This document shows positions 1 to 12,539 of a DNA stretch of 64,000 nucleotides, piece by piece. The notes under the pieces were generated by a model. That model saw nothing but the letters and a program-made list of their open reading frames with translations, was not told where the DNA came from and did no database searches. The stretch's first letter is position 1. Each line of letters begins with the position of its first letter. Made by a program: the position numbers and the translations under genes. The stretch lies in contig JBHHYE010000016.1 in the NCBI GenBank assembly GCA_046757405.1, positions 48 through 64,047 of the forward strand, given 5' to 3'. Source of the DNA: Acidobacteriota bacterium. Its GTDB lineage: Bacteria > Acidobacteriota > Polarisedimenticolia > SMYD01.

Positions 1-177
1 ATGAATGCAAACTTTGAGCAGCGGCCGTCCATGGAGGCATGGTAGCGTGGCAGCTACGCGCTGACCCACCCGGGCGGTCCTGGAAGATCCATATGGCAAC
101 GGGCCTGCGGTCGAGGGCGGCGAGGGGCGTTGAAGAACGGCTCACAGGACAGGAAAAGAAGCTGGCGGAGGATGGGG

Positions 178-1086
178 ATGCGCTACATAGACGAGGCGGC
201 GGTTGCCAGCGTCCTGCGCATGCAGGACCTGATTCCTTTGATGCGCCAGACCCTCATCGATTTTTCAGGAGACCGCCTGGAGCAGCCGAACCGCCAGGTG
301 ATGGCCGTGCCGCGCTGCGGCGGCTTTTTCGGGAGCATGCCGGTCGCAACCACCGACGCTCTGGGCGCCAAGCTCGTCACGTTCTACCCGGGCAATGCCG
401 GGAAGAATCTCCACACCCACATGGCCGTCATCGTGTTGTTCCGGCCGGAGACCGGCGAACCGATGGTGATGTTGGATGGGCGCTTGATCACCGAGATGCG
501 AACCGCGGCCGTGACGGCGACCTTCATCGATGCCGTCGCGCCGGCCGATGTGAAGAGTCTCGCGATCTTGGGCGCCGGCACGCAGGGCAAGAGCCATGTC
601 GAAGCCTTGTCCCACGTCCGGCAGTTCGAGGACATCCGCATCTGGAATCGTACGCCAGAGCGGGCGGAGCGGCTCGCCAAGGCTGTCGGCGGCAGGGAGC
701 TGCCGTGCGAGGCCGCCGTGCGTGATGCGGAGGTGATCATCCTGGCGACCTCGTCGACCGAGCCGGTGCTGGAGGGGAAATGGCTGCGCCCGGGCGCGAA
801 GGTGGCGACCGTCGGCTGGGGAGGCCCGGAGGGCGGCGAGGTGGATGCGGCGACCATGTCTCACGTCGTTGTGGTCGACACTCGCCAGGGAGCGCTGGCG
901 GAGTCCGGCAATATACGACGATGCAATGCCCGGATCGACGCGGAGCTGGGCGAGGTCCTGGAGGGCAGGCGAGCGGTTCATCCAGAGGCGATCGTGGTCT
1001 TCGATTCGATCGGGATGGCCTGTGAGGATATTGCCGCGGCAAGGCTGGTGTACGAGAAACTGGCGGCCGGATCCGGATCTTCCTGA
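178..1086 (+). CDS. Ornithine cyclodeaminase / mu-crystallin family protein
   Basis: GAKLVTFYPGN, LDGRLITEMRTAAV, Rossmann GAGTQG and C-terminal FDSIGMACEDIAAA; GGAGG at 167-171 favours ATG 178. Confidence 0.9.
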   Translation: MRYIDEAAVASVLRMQDLIPLMRQTLIDFSGDRLEQPNRQVMAVPRCGGFFGSMPVATTDALGAKLVTFYPGNAGKNLHTHMAVIVLFRPETGEPMVMLDGRLITEMRTAAVTATFIDAVAPADVKSLAILGAGTQGKSHVEALSHVRQFEDIRIWNRTPERAERLAKAVGGRELPCEAAVRDAEVIILATSSTEPVLEGKWLRPGAKVATVGWGGPEGGEVDAATMSHVVVVDTRQGALAESGNIRRCNARIDAELGEVLEGRRAVHPEAIVVFDSIGMACEDIAAARLVYEKLAAGSGSS

Positions 1087-1230
1087 CGGAGAATCCAGCC
1101 GGGGTGCGGCCGCGCAAGGCTCCCGCATGGGGTGAGCGCGGGGCCTGGTGCGGGCCCTTCCTCCTTCTCGCCCGGAGGGAGGCGCGGCCTCCTGTGGTAC
1201 ATTGGATCGCCACCTGCAAAGGAGGGACCG

Positions 1231-1635
1231 ATGCCTCAAGGTCTCAATCGTACTGCCGTGGGCGCGCTTTTTCTGGCTGTCGCCGCCGTCTTTCTGGCCG
1301 GTTGTGCGGACACCGCTTCGGCGCACCCGCTGGACGTGACCTATTACTACCTGCCTGGCTGACCCATCTGTGCGCGGGTCCAGCCTGCCGTGAGCGGGCT
1401 GGAGCAGCAGTTTCCCAGACAGGTTCGGGCCCACAATGTCGATGCCACCACCCCGGAGGCCGCCCGCGCCTGCAAGGCTCTGGGTTTTGCCAACCATGGC
1501 CTGGTGATCCGCTCCCAGGAGGGAGAAGTTCTCTGGGCGCAACCGGACCACACGGTCAACATCGAAGATGTGCGGGCCCAGATCCGTCAATGGATCCGCG
1601 GGGAAGCGGCTTCTCCTGGCGCACCCGCCGGCTGA
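1231..1635 (+). CDS. Selenocysteine-containing thioredoxin-fold lipoprotein (UxxC); TGA 1360-1362 read as Sec
   Basis: AGGAGG RBS, lipobox FLAGC, then VTYYYLPG-TGA-PIC; frame stays open to 1635 and joins ORFs 1132..1362 and 1390..1635; hairpin follows. Confidence 0.85.
1379..1403 (+). promoter_or_regulatory. Putative bacterial SECIS element
   Basis: TCCAGCCTGC-CGTGA-GCGGGCTGGA: 10-bp stem (one G-U) starting 16 nt after the UGA, G at loop position 2. Confidence 0.7.
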
Positions 1636-1663
1636 GGGTCCGCTCGCGCGGCCGCCGAGGGTG

Positions 1664-1904
1664 ATGGAACAGCGAGGCAGTGTGAGGCTGCCGCCAGGCC
1701 AGCGGATTGGCCACTTCGAGATCATCGAGGCCATCGGTGCCGGCGGGATGGGAGAGGTCTACCGGGCCCGCGACACGCGCCTCGGCCGTGACGTGGCCGT
1801 CAAGATCCTGCCGCCTGAGCTGGCCTCGAGCCCCGGCTTCCGGGAGCGGTTCGAGCGCGAAGCGAGAATCATCTCCAGCCTCAACCACCCGCACATCTGT
1901 GTTC
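1664..1904 (+). pseudogene. N-terminal fragment of a Ser/Thr protein kinase interrupted by IS3
   Basis: [24 protein letters not shown]...LNHPHIC stops abruptly at the IS left end. Confidence 0.9.
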
Positions 1905-1954
1905 TGAACCGCCCCGGGTTTGTCGGAGGCTCCATTATTTGAGAGGATGGGGTC

Positions 1955-4549
<2,595 letters not shown>

Positions 4550-4668
4550 CCGCGCCGCGCCTCCAGGCCGGACGGATTCCGGCTGCGGTCCGCAGGACCG
4601 GGATGGTGTTGCCCAGGCTGGTTGCCGGGGAATATCTGCGGTAGGGTTGAAGTTACCCGGGCTGAACC

Positions 4669-5058
4669 GTGAAGAATCTTCGGCAACGACATCCTCTGGG
4701 CACGCTGCTGCTGAGCCTTGCCCTGCTGCTGCCGGGGGTGCAAGGGGGCCTAGTGTCCGGCTTCGGCCGGACGGACGTTGGAATGGCCTGTCATGGAGGC
4801 CCAGGGGGCTGCTGCTGCCTGAAGGGGCAGTGCCATCGGCCGGCCTCCGTCACCCCATGCTGCCGCCGCGCCGCGCCGCGTCCGGCGGACATCCCCCCGG
4901 TTCTCACACCTCCCGTCATCATGCCGCCGGCGGTGGCCCGCATGAGCTCGCTTCACGGCGCCGGCCTCCGCTGGCTGCCGGCCTCCTTTCTTCCCGAGGG
5001 GCTCGTGCCGGGAGTCCCGGAGCCCGTACCCCGCCGTCTCTCCCTTCTCGCGGCCTAG
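4669..5058 (+). CDS. Cys-rich secreted small protein with Pro-rich C-terminus; candidate metal-sensing leader peptide (DUF2946-like)
   Basis: Hydrophobic N-terminus, CH..CCC..CH..CC cluster, ends PEPVPRR; directly upstream of a porin gene. Confidence 0.55.
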   Translation: MKNLRQRHPLGTLLLSLALLLPGVQGGLVSGFGRTDVGMACHGGPGGCCCLKGQCHRPASVTPCCRRAAPRPADIPPVLTPPVIMPPAVARMSSLHGAGLRWLPASFLPEGLVPGVPEPVPRRLSLLAA

Positions 5059-5204
5059 TTCCACCGCATTCTCTCCCTGCTGCTGAGGCCAAGGGGTTTC
5101 TCTCTCTGGCGGCTGTTCGCCGGTCCATCCCTCCTGGCCGGCCGCCCAGGGCGGTGGGAGGAAGCGGAGCCACGTGAACCGGAACACGCACGGGAGAGCA
5201 CGTC

Positions 5205-6299
5205 ATGTCCTTGCTTCTCAGGGCGGCGGTCGTCCTGGCCACCAGCGGTCTCCTGGTGGCGCCGGCCAGAGCCGCCCAGGAAAGAGAGATCGAAGAAAGG
5301 GGTGAGTTCGCCTCGACACCGATCCAGGTGCACGGATTCGGTGTGTTTGATGCGATTCATGATGAGACCGCGCGAGTGGATAGCTTCAGTGCCGAGAAAC
5401 TGGCCTTGAGCCTTTACAAGCCGCTGCGCGAGGGCTTTTACTTTTTCGGCCAGGCGACGCTCCTGCGAGAAGAAGAGGAGTTCGCCTCGGAGATCGATAA
5501 CCTCATCGTCTCGTTCACGCCCCGGCGCTTGCCCAGTCTGAGCATCAGCGCCGGCCGCTTTGATGCGCCGGTGGGGTTCGAGCGGGATGACGAGCCGCTC
5601 AATCTCCAGCCCAGCAACTCCTTCAACTTCCAGTACGGCCGGCCGGTCAAGCTCGAAGGGATCATCATCCGGCAGAACTTCGGCCCGCGCCTGGACCTGG
5701 CGGCTTATCTGGTGAACGCCTGGGAGGAGGGCGCCGACAACAACACAGCCAAGACCGCTGGAGTGCGGGTGGGTTGGACACCCGTCCGGCACCAGAGCTA
5801 CGGCCTGACGGTGATCTACGGGCCCGAGAAGGATGACAATGATTCCGACCAGCGTCTGCTTCTGAACCTGGACTACAGCCTGCAGATGACGCCCCGCTGG
5901 CTGCTGGCCGGTGAGGGGAATTTCGGCTCCGAGGAGAATTCAGATCCCTCCGGCCGGCGCGGGCGGTGGTCCGGCGGCCAGCTGACCTCGTGGGTCAAGC
6001 TGTCCCGGAGCTGGGCGGCCTTGGTCCGCGCGGAGGTTCTCGATGACCGGGACGGCGTGCTCACCGGCGAGCACCGGATCCTGCGTTCCTACACGCTGGG
6101 CGCCAACCTCCGGCTCAGCCATGCGAGTTACGGAGTCTTCAGCGTGGTCGAGCACACCACCCTCCGGATTCCCCAGTTCGCGCTCAGGCTCGAGGTGCGC
6201 CGGGACCGGGCCACCCGACCCTTCTTCGCGACCGAAGAGGAGGGCGTGCTCAGCCGTTACAGAACCGTCGCGACGGCACAGATGTTCTTCGTGTTCTGA
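5205..6299 (+). CDS. Outer-membrane beta-barrel porin
   Basis: Signal peptide, SAGRFDAPVGFE and DNNTAKTAGVRVG motifs, amphipathic strands, C-terminal Phe. Confidence 0.8.
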   Translation: MSLLLRAAVVLATSGLLVAPARAAQEREIEERGEFASTPIQVHGFGVFDAIHDETARVDSFSAEKLALSLYKPLREGFYFFGQATLLREEEEFASEIDNLIVSFTPRRLPSLSISAGRFDAPVGFERDDEPLNLQPSNSFNFQYGRPVKLEGIIIRQNFGPRLDLAAYLVNAWEEGADNNTAKTAGVRVGWTPVRHQSYGLTVIYGPEKDDNDSDQRLLLNLDYSLQMTPRWLLAGEGNFGSEENSDPSGRRGRWSGGQLTSWVKLSRSWAALVRAEVLDDRDGVLTGEHRILRSYTLGANLRLSHASYGVFSVVEHTTLRIPQFALRLEVRRDRATRPFFATEEEGVLSRYRTVATAQMFFVF

Positions 6300-6312
6300 T
6301 GAAGAGGTGACC

Positions 6313-6951
6313 ATGAGAACCATGACCTCGTATCGAGCCACGCTGGTGCTGGCTTTGCTGGGCGCCGGCCTCATCCCGGCCCGGGCCCACCTGTCTCCCA
6401 CCGTGGTGCTGGTCAAGAAGAAGGAGGTGCTCGGCCAGTTGCTCCCCGGGGCCGAGACCTTCCAGGGGCGCGAGTTGCTCCTGTCCCGGACCGAGATCAA
6501 GAGCCTGAGCGAGACCTCGGGCCTCCATCTCTCCCGGGAACCGGTGCGCTTCTACAGGGGAGAAGATGCCGGCGGTGTGCTGCTGGGAACGGTCCTGTTC
6601 ACCGTGGGTGATAGCGTCCACGGTCCCGTGGAGGTGGCCGTGGCGCTGGATGGGTCAGGCGCGGTGATCGGATTCCAGGTCACCCGGTGCAGCGCCGAAG
6701 TTCTCCCCTGGGTGCGAACCGTCCAGCGAACGAAGGTTCTGGAGCCGATCATAGGAACTGGGGCGGGAGAGGCCAGGGGTCCTGAAGATCTCCCCCTGGG
6801 AGATCTCGCTCCCTTGACCTCGATGGCGCGTTTCTACGCCCGGGTGATCCGGGAGGGGATCTTCAAGGCCCTGGCTCTTTCCCGGTGGATCCGTCCCCCG
6901 GACGATCCGCGGTCCGGATCCGGGCTTCCCATGGTCAATCCAGATCGATGA
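6313..6951 (+). CDS. Secreted FMN-binding-domain-like protein
   Basis: GAGGTG RBS, signal peptide ending ARA-H, HGPVEVAVALDGSGAVIGFQV segment. Confidence 0.6.
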   Translation: MRTMTSYRATLVLALLGAGLIPARAHLSPTVVLVKKKEVLGQLLPGAETFQGRELLLSRTEIKSLSETSGLHLSREPVRFYRGEDAGGVLLGTVLFTVGDSVHGPVEVAVALDGSGAVIGFQVTRCSAEVLPWVRTVQRTKVLEPIIGTGAGEARGPEDLPLGDLAPLTSMARFYARVIREGIFKALALSRWIRPPDDPRSGSGLPMVNPDR

Positions 6952-7496
6952 GAAAGACGCAGTCGAACGTGACGATGTTCTCCGCGCCCAGGCGGCTGAG
7001 ATTCACCGCCCCGGAAAGACGGGTGCTCCCTTCCACGTTCCAGAACTTGCCCGTTCCCTGGCTGGCCAGGATGTTCTGGCTGTCGGCGACCTCTCCGGTG
7101 ATATGAGTGGCTCCCGCCGTGGGTGTCTCCACCGGCTGGATGGTCGTCCGGCTCAGAGAGACAATGGTTCCGCCCGGAAGGTGAAAAAACGTCGTATTGC
7201 TGATGGCAAAGCCGCCGTCATCCCCTATGGGTGTCAGACTTCCCAGGTCGAGGCAGTCGATCCCCGAACCGATCACCTTGCGGCTGACCACCTCCACCAG
7301 CGCCACCTGGAAACAGTCGTGAGGCACCCCGTACCACGCGCATCTCGCCAGCCGCCGTTCCCTTCAAGGCGACCGCAATGGTGCGATTCTGGAACGGCGC
7401 CGCCTGCGGGCGGGCTCCCCCTGCCAGGCACGCCAGGATCATGAGGCCCAGACCCGCCCCGGCCCCGAGGTTTCTTCTGCTCATACCTGTTCTCAT
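6935..7496 (-). pseudogene. Secreted beta-rich protein (possibly dirigent/allene-oxide-cyclase-like), frameshifted
   Basis: Signal peptide in ORF 7218..7496 continues into ORF 6935..7327 through a frame change near 7325-7332; GTGKFWNVEGSTRLSG motif. Confidence 0.5.
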
Positions 7497-7560
7497 TCCA
7501 CCTGTCTCCCCCTGAAAGTCCGCCGAGTGGGCCGGTCCTTCCGTTCCACCCGCGGTCCCG

Positions 7561-7734
7561 TCACCAGCGCCAGATTCGCTCGTAACCCGCGAACAGCTCC
7601 GGCAGGTCCGAGGGGCCGACCGGCTCCAAGCCGGGCATCAGCTCTTCTTCCTGGAAGCCGCGCTCGGCGTCGTCCTGTTCCTCTAGGGTGCCCCGGTACG
7701 CGCTCTCGATCACCTGTAAGGTTTTTTTCGGCAT
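7561..7734 (-). pseudogene. Internally deleted paralog of the DsrE-like gene at 46702-47088 (57 aa vs 128 aa); absent from the ORF track
   Basis: Manual translation MPKKTLQVIESAYRGTLEEQDD|AERGFQEEELMPGLEPVGPSDLPELFAGYERIWRW matches both ends of the intact copy. Confidence 0.85.
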
Positions 7735-7744
7735 GCGGATCTCC

Positions 7745-8080
7745 TCAGCGAGTGGGAATGACCAGGGTGTTGTCCGAAGCGTCGGCGAACTTCAGCAGAT
7801 CGCCTGGCGGCCGCGCCGCAGGCCGGAGATCGACTCGCCCACGCCGCGCTCGTCCACGCAGAGGCCGCGCTGCACCCAGTCCATCTTGCCCCCGTTGCGT
7901 TCAGCCTCGGCCATCACCGCCGCCACCCAGTCCTTGGGGTTCGGATGGTCTTCTTGCTCCACGTCGCGTCCGTGAGCCGCGCCGGGCCGCAAGATCGAGC
8001 AGCCGAAGCGCCGTGGTGGAGCGCGCGCTCTCATAGGGCGGGTCCATGAGCACGAACGTGAGAGTCTTTCTGTCAGCCAT
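7745..8080 (-). pseudogene. Degraded paralog of the DsrE/DsrF-like gene at 46269-46682
   Basis: MADRKTLTFVLMDPPYE...ARRG joined out of frame to HGRDVEQEDHPNPKDWV; second frameshift near 7810; CxxC reads RGLC. Confidence 0.88.
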
Positions 8081-8432
8081 GGTGTGCCGTCTCCCTTTCT
8101 CTCTCACAGTGCCAGAGAGCCTTGCGGCCCGCGGCCAGCTGATCAATGATGGTTGCGAGTGGGGCAGGCTGGACGCCCCGGGTCAGCCGGTTGCCGGCGA
8201 TCCCGCGCTCGCGCAAGGAAAACGCGTCGGCAAGAATCTCCACGCCGCTCTCTGCCGCGCGCTCCAGCGATTGCGAACGAGGGCAGCACCGTGCCGGCAG
8301 CACGCCGTTCTGGACCAGAAACAGCGTGACCCGGTCGCCGTGTGACGCGAGGCGGGATGCCAGCATGTGGAATTCCTCCGCGGTGGATGTTTCGAACGGA
8401 TCCCGGGAGGAGATGAGGAGGTACTCGGCCAT
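8073..8432 (-). CDS. DsrE-family protein, paralog of 45928-46257, with stop lost and short C-terminal extension
   Basis: YLLISSRDPFE...VTLFLVQNGVLPAR...GRKALWH aligns with the intact copy. Confidence 0.8.
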   Translation of the reverse strand: MAEYLLISSRDPFETSTAEEFHMLASRLASHGDRVTLFLVQNGVLPARCCPRSQSLERAAESGVEILADAFSLRERGIAGNRLTRGVQPAPLATIIDQLAAGRKALWHCERERETAHHG

Positions 8433-8483
8433 GTGTCGTCTCCTTTTCGTCGCGTCCTGGTGTGCCTTCTCATAGGGCGCTTC

Positions 8484-9076
8484 ATGAAGAAAGACGCGGC
8501 CCGGGCCGGTTCGATCTCACCCGACCCGTCCGATCCGGAGCCGGGCCGCCGCCCGGAGCTGGACCGGTTGCTGGATTCCTACGGCCACGTCTTGCGCAGG
8601 GCGATCCTCCGCACCTGCCGGCGGGACGATCCATCGACCTGGATGAGGTGGAGCAGGACGCGCGGATCAGGCTCTGGAAGGCGCTGGAAGGTGAGATCCG
8701 GGTGGAGGCTCCCGCGTCGTTCCTGTATAGAGTGGCGGTCACCGCGGCGCTGGATGCGTTGCGGCGCTCGCGGACTCGGAAGGAGCACGTGCTGGTTGGA
8801 GACATGGCTCCGGAAGACGACGCGCACCAAGTTCCGGACGCAGCGGAGAACGCCCAGGCCGCGTGTGAACGGCGGGACTTGCAGCGCGGCGTTCGCGGCG
8901 GGCTGGCGCACCTCTCGGAACCCCGGCGCCGCGCGGTGGCCCTGCATCTGCAGGGGTTCACGGTGCCGGAAATCGCCGGCTTGCTGGGCTGGAGCCGCTC
9001 CAGGGCGCGCAACCTGGCGCACCGCGGTCTCAAGGAGCTCCAGCGTCTTCTCCGCGCGGAGGGGATCGAGCCATGA
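8484..9076 (+). pseudogene. ECF RNA polymerase sigma factor, frameshifted near 8630
   Basis: LLDSYGHVLRRAI in one frame; DEVEQDARIRLW...SFLYRVA...EIAGLLG...LAHRGLKEL in another. Confidence 0.8.
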
Positions 9077-9759
9077 CGCCCCCGGACGACCGGCTGGCTC
9101 GGGGCTACCGTGCCGCAACGAGGGAAGCATCCGGCACAGGCTGCCCGTCCCCGGGCGCTATCGTGGATGCGGTTCTCGGCCGTCTGCCGCGCGACGAACG
9201 GATGCGGCTAGCTGACCACGCAGCGGGATGCGCCGATTGTTCCGCCGAATGGCGCGTCGCGCTGGCCTTGCGGCCCTGGGCCGATGAGGCGTCGGCGGAA
9301 CTAGAAGGGGCGCGGCCCGTTGGCCTCGCCGCGGTCCGGCGGCGGCTCTGGCCGGGGCTCGCCCTGGCTGCCTCGGTCTTGCTGATGGCCGGTCTGGCCT
9401 TCTTCCTCCGGCCCGGATGGCGGTCCGGTTCCCCGGCAGGCCCCGTGCAGCGCGGCGGCGCGACGGCCATGGCCGCTTTCCAGCCGGCGCCTGACAGCAT
9501 GCTGGCCGCGCCCCCGGAGCGCTTCGCCTGGCACGCCGAAGCCGGAGCCCGCTACCACGTCGCCCTGTACGACCGGGAGTCCGTGCCGATCTGGGAGAGC
9601 CCCACGGTGGAGACAGGCAGTGTTTCCGTGCCCGAGCCGGTGCGGCGCTTGCTTCTCCCCGGCGGTGTTTATTACTGGCGGCTCTTCGTGGAGCAGGGGA
9701 TCCAGCGCGGATCGTCTCCCTTGCAGCGGTTCACCATCGCGGCGGATCCGGCGCCTTGA
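9073..9759 (+). CDS. Zinc-finger (zf-HC2) transmembrane anti-sigma factor
   Basis: HAAGCADC motif, TM helix, extracytoplasmic YYWR domain; ATGA-coupled to the sigma gene. Confidence 0.8.
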   Translation: MTPPDDRLARGYRAATREASGTGCPSPGAIVDAVLGRLPRDERMRLADHAAGCADCSAEWRVALALRPWADEASAELEGARPVGLAAVRRRLWPGLALAASVLLMAGLAFFLRPGWRSGSPAGPVQRGGATAMAAFQPAPDSMLAAPPERFAWHAEAGARYHVALYDRESVPIWESPTVETGSVSVPEPVRRLLLPGGVYYWRLFVEQGIQRGSSPLQRFTIAADPAP

Positions 9760-12512
9760 AACGGTGGGGGGCGGGTGCGTGCGTTGTCGCCTGGGCCCTG
9801 GTTGCTTCATGTGTGCCCGCTTTCGTCGCCGGCGATTGCCCGGCCCGGCTGGCTGCGGCCGTCGCAGACCTGGACCACGGCCTGGTCGCCCGCCTGGAGG
9901 ACCGGGTGGCGGGCTGCCTGGATGAGCCGCCCCCGGGCCCGGAAGCGGTCCGGGCGCCAGCTGGTGAACATCGCCCGGGTCCGGACCGCGCTGGGTGATG
10001 CGATGCGAGGCGAACAGGCGGCCCGCGCCGCGTTACGAGCAGCCCGGGCCGCCGGCAACCGGGACCTGGAAGCGGCGGCGCGGGAGGTGCTGGGAAACAC
10101 CCGGTTCGAGAGAGGCGATTTTCAGGATGCCGCGCGCCACTTCCGGATGCTCCTGGCGCTCCGCGAGGAGACGGGGGACACGGAGGGTCAGGCGCAGGCG
10201 CTGAAGAACGCCGGGATCGCCGCTCTGGCGGAGGGGCGTTACCAGGCCGCCATGCTCCTCCTGGAGCGCGCCACGGAACGGTTCCCCGGCTGGGAGACGA
10301 CGGAACTTGCCATCTCGATCCTCGGCAACCTGGGAAGGGTGTACCAGAATCTCAGCGTCCCCCGCCTGGCGCTGTCGACCTTCCAGCGTGCGCTGGAGGC
10401 GGCGCAGGCTCGCAACCGGCCCGACGAGATCCTGGACATCCAGGAACGGATGGGATTTCTGTATCTGGACGAAGGATTCCCGGAACAGGCGCTCTCCCAT
10501 CTGCTGGATGCCCTCCCCCTGGCCGCCGGACACGCCGAGCCCAGCCCGCATGCCTGGCTGCTGGAAGGGCTCGCGCTGGCCTACCGCGCCCTGGGGGACA
10601 GCGCCGCCGCGGCCGAGACCTTGCACCGGTTGCTGGACCTGGACCGGCAGCGGAACGACGCGGCCGGCATGGTCCTCGCCCTCAATCTGCTGGGCGGCCT
10701 GCGGGAAGAGGACGATCCGGCCCGGGCCCGTGCTTTCTACAACCAGGCGCTGGAGACCGCGACGCAGCGCGGCGCGGGCCGGCCCTGGAACAGCCGGGCG
10801 GGCCTGGCCCGCCTGGACCTTCGCGCCGGCCGCCTGGACTTGGCCCTGGCGGGGTACCGGGAGGCGGCCGCCGAGCTGGAAGCGTACCGGGACCGCCGAT
10901 CGACCTTGAGGCGCCAGGCCGATGTGATGCGCCGCAACCGGGCTGTCTACGACCAGTGGATCGATGCCTTGATGGAACGCCGCCTCCGCCGGAGCCGCAT
11001 CGAGGATGATGTCCGGGTGTTCCAGGTGGCCGAGTGCGCCCGGGCGTGGGCCCTTCTGGAACAGGTCCTCGCCGGACGGATGGTTCGTTCCCGGAAGGGA
11101 TCGCCGCAGCTGCTGCGGCGCAGGAAGGAGCTCGAGGCCCGCATGGTCCGGTTCCGGAACAGCCTGGAATCGGGCGGGCTGGATCAGGAGGCCAGGCGCA
11201 GGCTGGAAGAGCGGTGGAAGGCGGCGGAGGTCGAGCTCGACGAGATCACCGCCGACCTCCGTCGGAATGCCCCCCAAGACGCGGTGGAGCTGCAGGAGGC
11301 GCACCTGGATCTCCCTGCTGCACAGCGTTTTCTGGGAGAGAGGACAGCCATCGTGGCCTACTGCTTGACCGCAACCCGGGCCCTGGCCATGGTGATCACG
11401 GGTCGCTCCTACCACCTGGCGCCTCTCTCCGTGGATCCGGCAACCCTCCCGGCGCAGGTCCTGAATTACCTGGAACTCCTGCAAGGCGGCCGGGGCTGGG
11501 CGCCGGTGTCGCGCCGCCTGTACCGGGAGCTCATAACTCCCGTGTGGATCCACCTGGACGGCGCCGTTCATCACCTGATCTTCATCCCCGATGGTTCCCT
11601 GCACGCCCTGCCCTTCGAGACGTTGCTGGGCGAGGCGGCGGGCAAGGGAGACGGTCCGCTGATTGCCTCATTCAGCATTTCCTACGCCCCGTCCGTGTCG
11701 CTCCTGGCACAATTCACGCGGAAGAGGGCGGAGGCAGGTCCGGCATCGATTCTCCTGTTCGCCGATCCTGAATGGCCGGCGGCGAAGGAGGGTGACGCGG
11801 GCCGCGTGAGGCGCCTGTACGAGGAACGCGGGCTGCATCTCGATCCGGCCCCGGGGAGCCGGCGCGAGGCCGGAGCGGTGGCCCGCCGGGCTGGACCGGG
11901 AAGCGAGATCCGCGGGGCGCGGAGGCCAGCGAGTCGCGTCTCAAGAGTCTGGATCTGGAGCGGTACCGGGTGCTGCACTTCGCGACCCACGCTCTCCTGA
12001 GCCAGGGCGACCCCATGAGCTCTGCGCTGGTCCTGTCTCCCGGAGCCGGGGGGCCGCAGGACGGGTTCCTGCAGGCCCGGGAGATCGCACGCCTCCGCCT
12101 GGATGCCGACCTGGTGGTGCTCTCCGCCTGCCGGACGGCGCGGGGGAACATTCTTCCGGGTGGAGGCGTGGAGGGGCTGGCGCAGGCCTTCTTCCAGGCC
12201 GGAGCGCGGTCGGTGGTGGGGACGCTCTGGAATGTGGACGACGCCGAGACGGCGGCCTTCATGGGGGCCTTCTACCGCCACCTGGGGATGGGCCAGGGGA
12301 AGGCGGAGGCGCTCCGGCGCGCCAAGCTGGACCGCCGCGCCGTACTCCCGCCGGATGGCCCGGTCCACTGGGCCGCCTTTCTCCTCCTCGGGGAACCCGC
12401 CCGGGCGGTGGCCCTGGCAGAGCCCGGGCAGGTGGAGCCATGGTGGATTCTGGCGCTCCTGACGGCCCTGCTGGCCGGAGCGCTGGCGCTGCGCCGGAAG
12501 CGTCCGGCGTGA
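9756..12512 (+). pseudogene. TPR + CHAT (caspase-like) domain protein with two frameshifts (~9955, ~11915)
   Basis: Signal-like N-terminus, TPR repeats, IPDGSLHALPFE, LHFATHA, VVLSACRT, GTLWNVDD, HWAAF, C-terminal TM plus basic tail. Confidence 0.85.
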
Positions 12513-12539
12513 GGCCGGCGGCCCGGCCGGACCGGGCTC

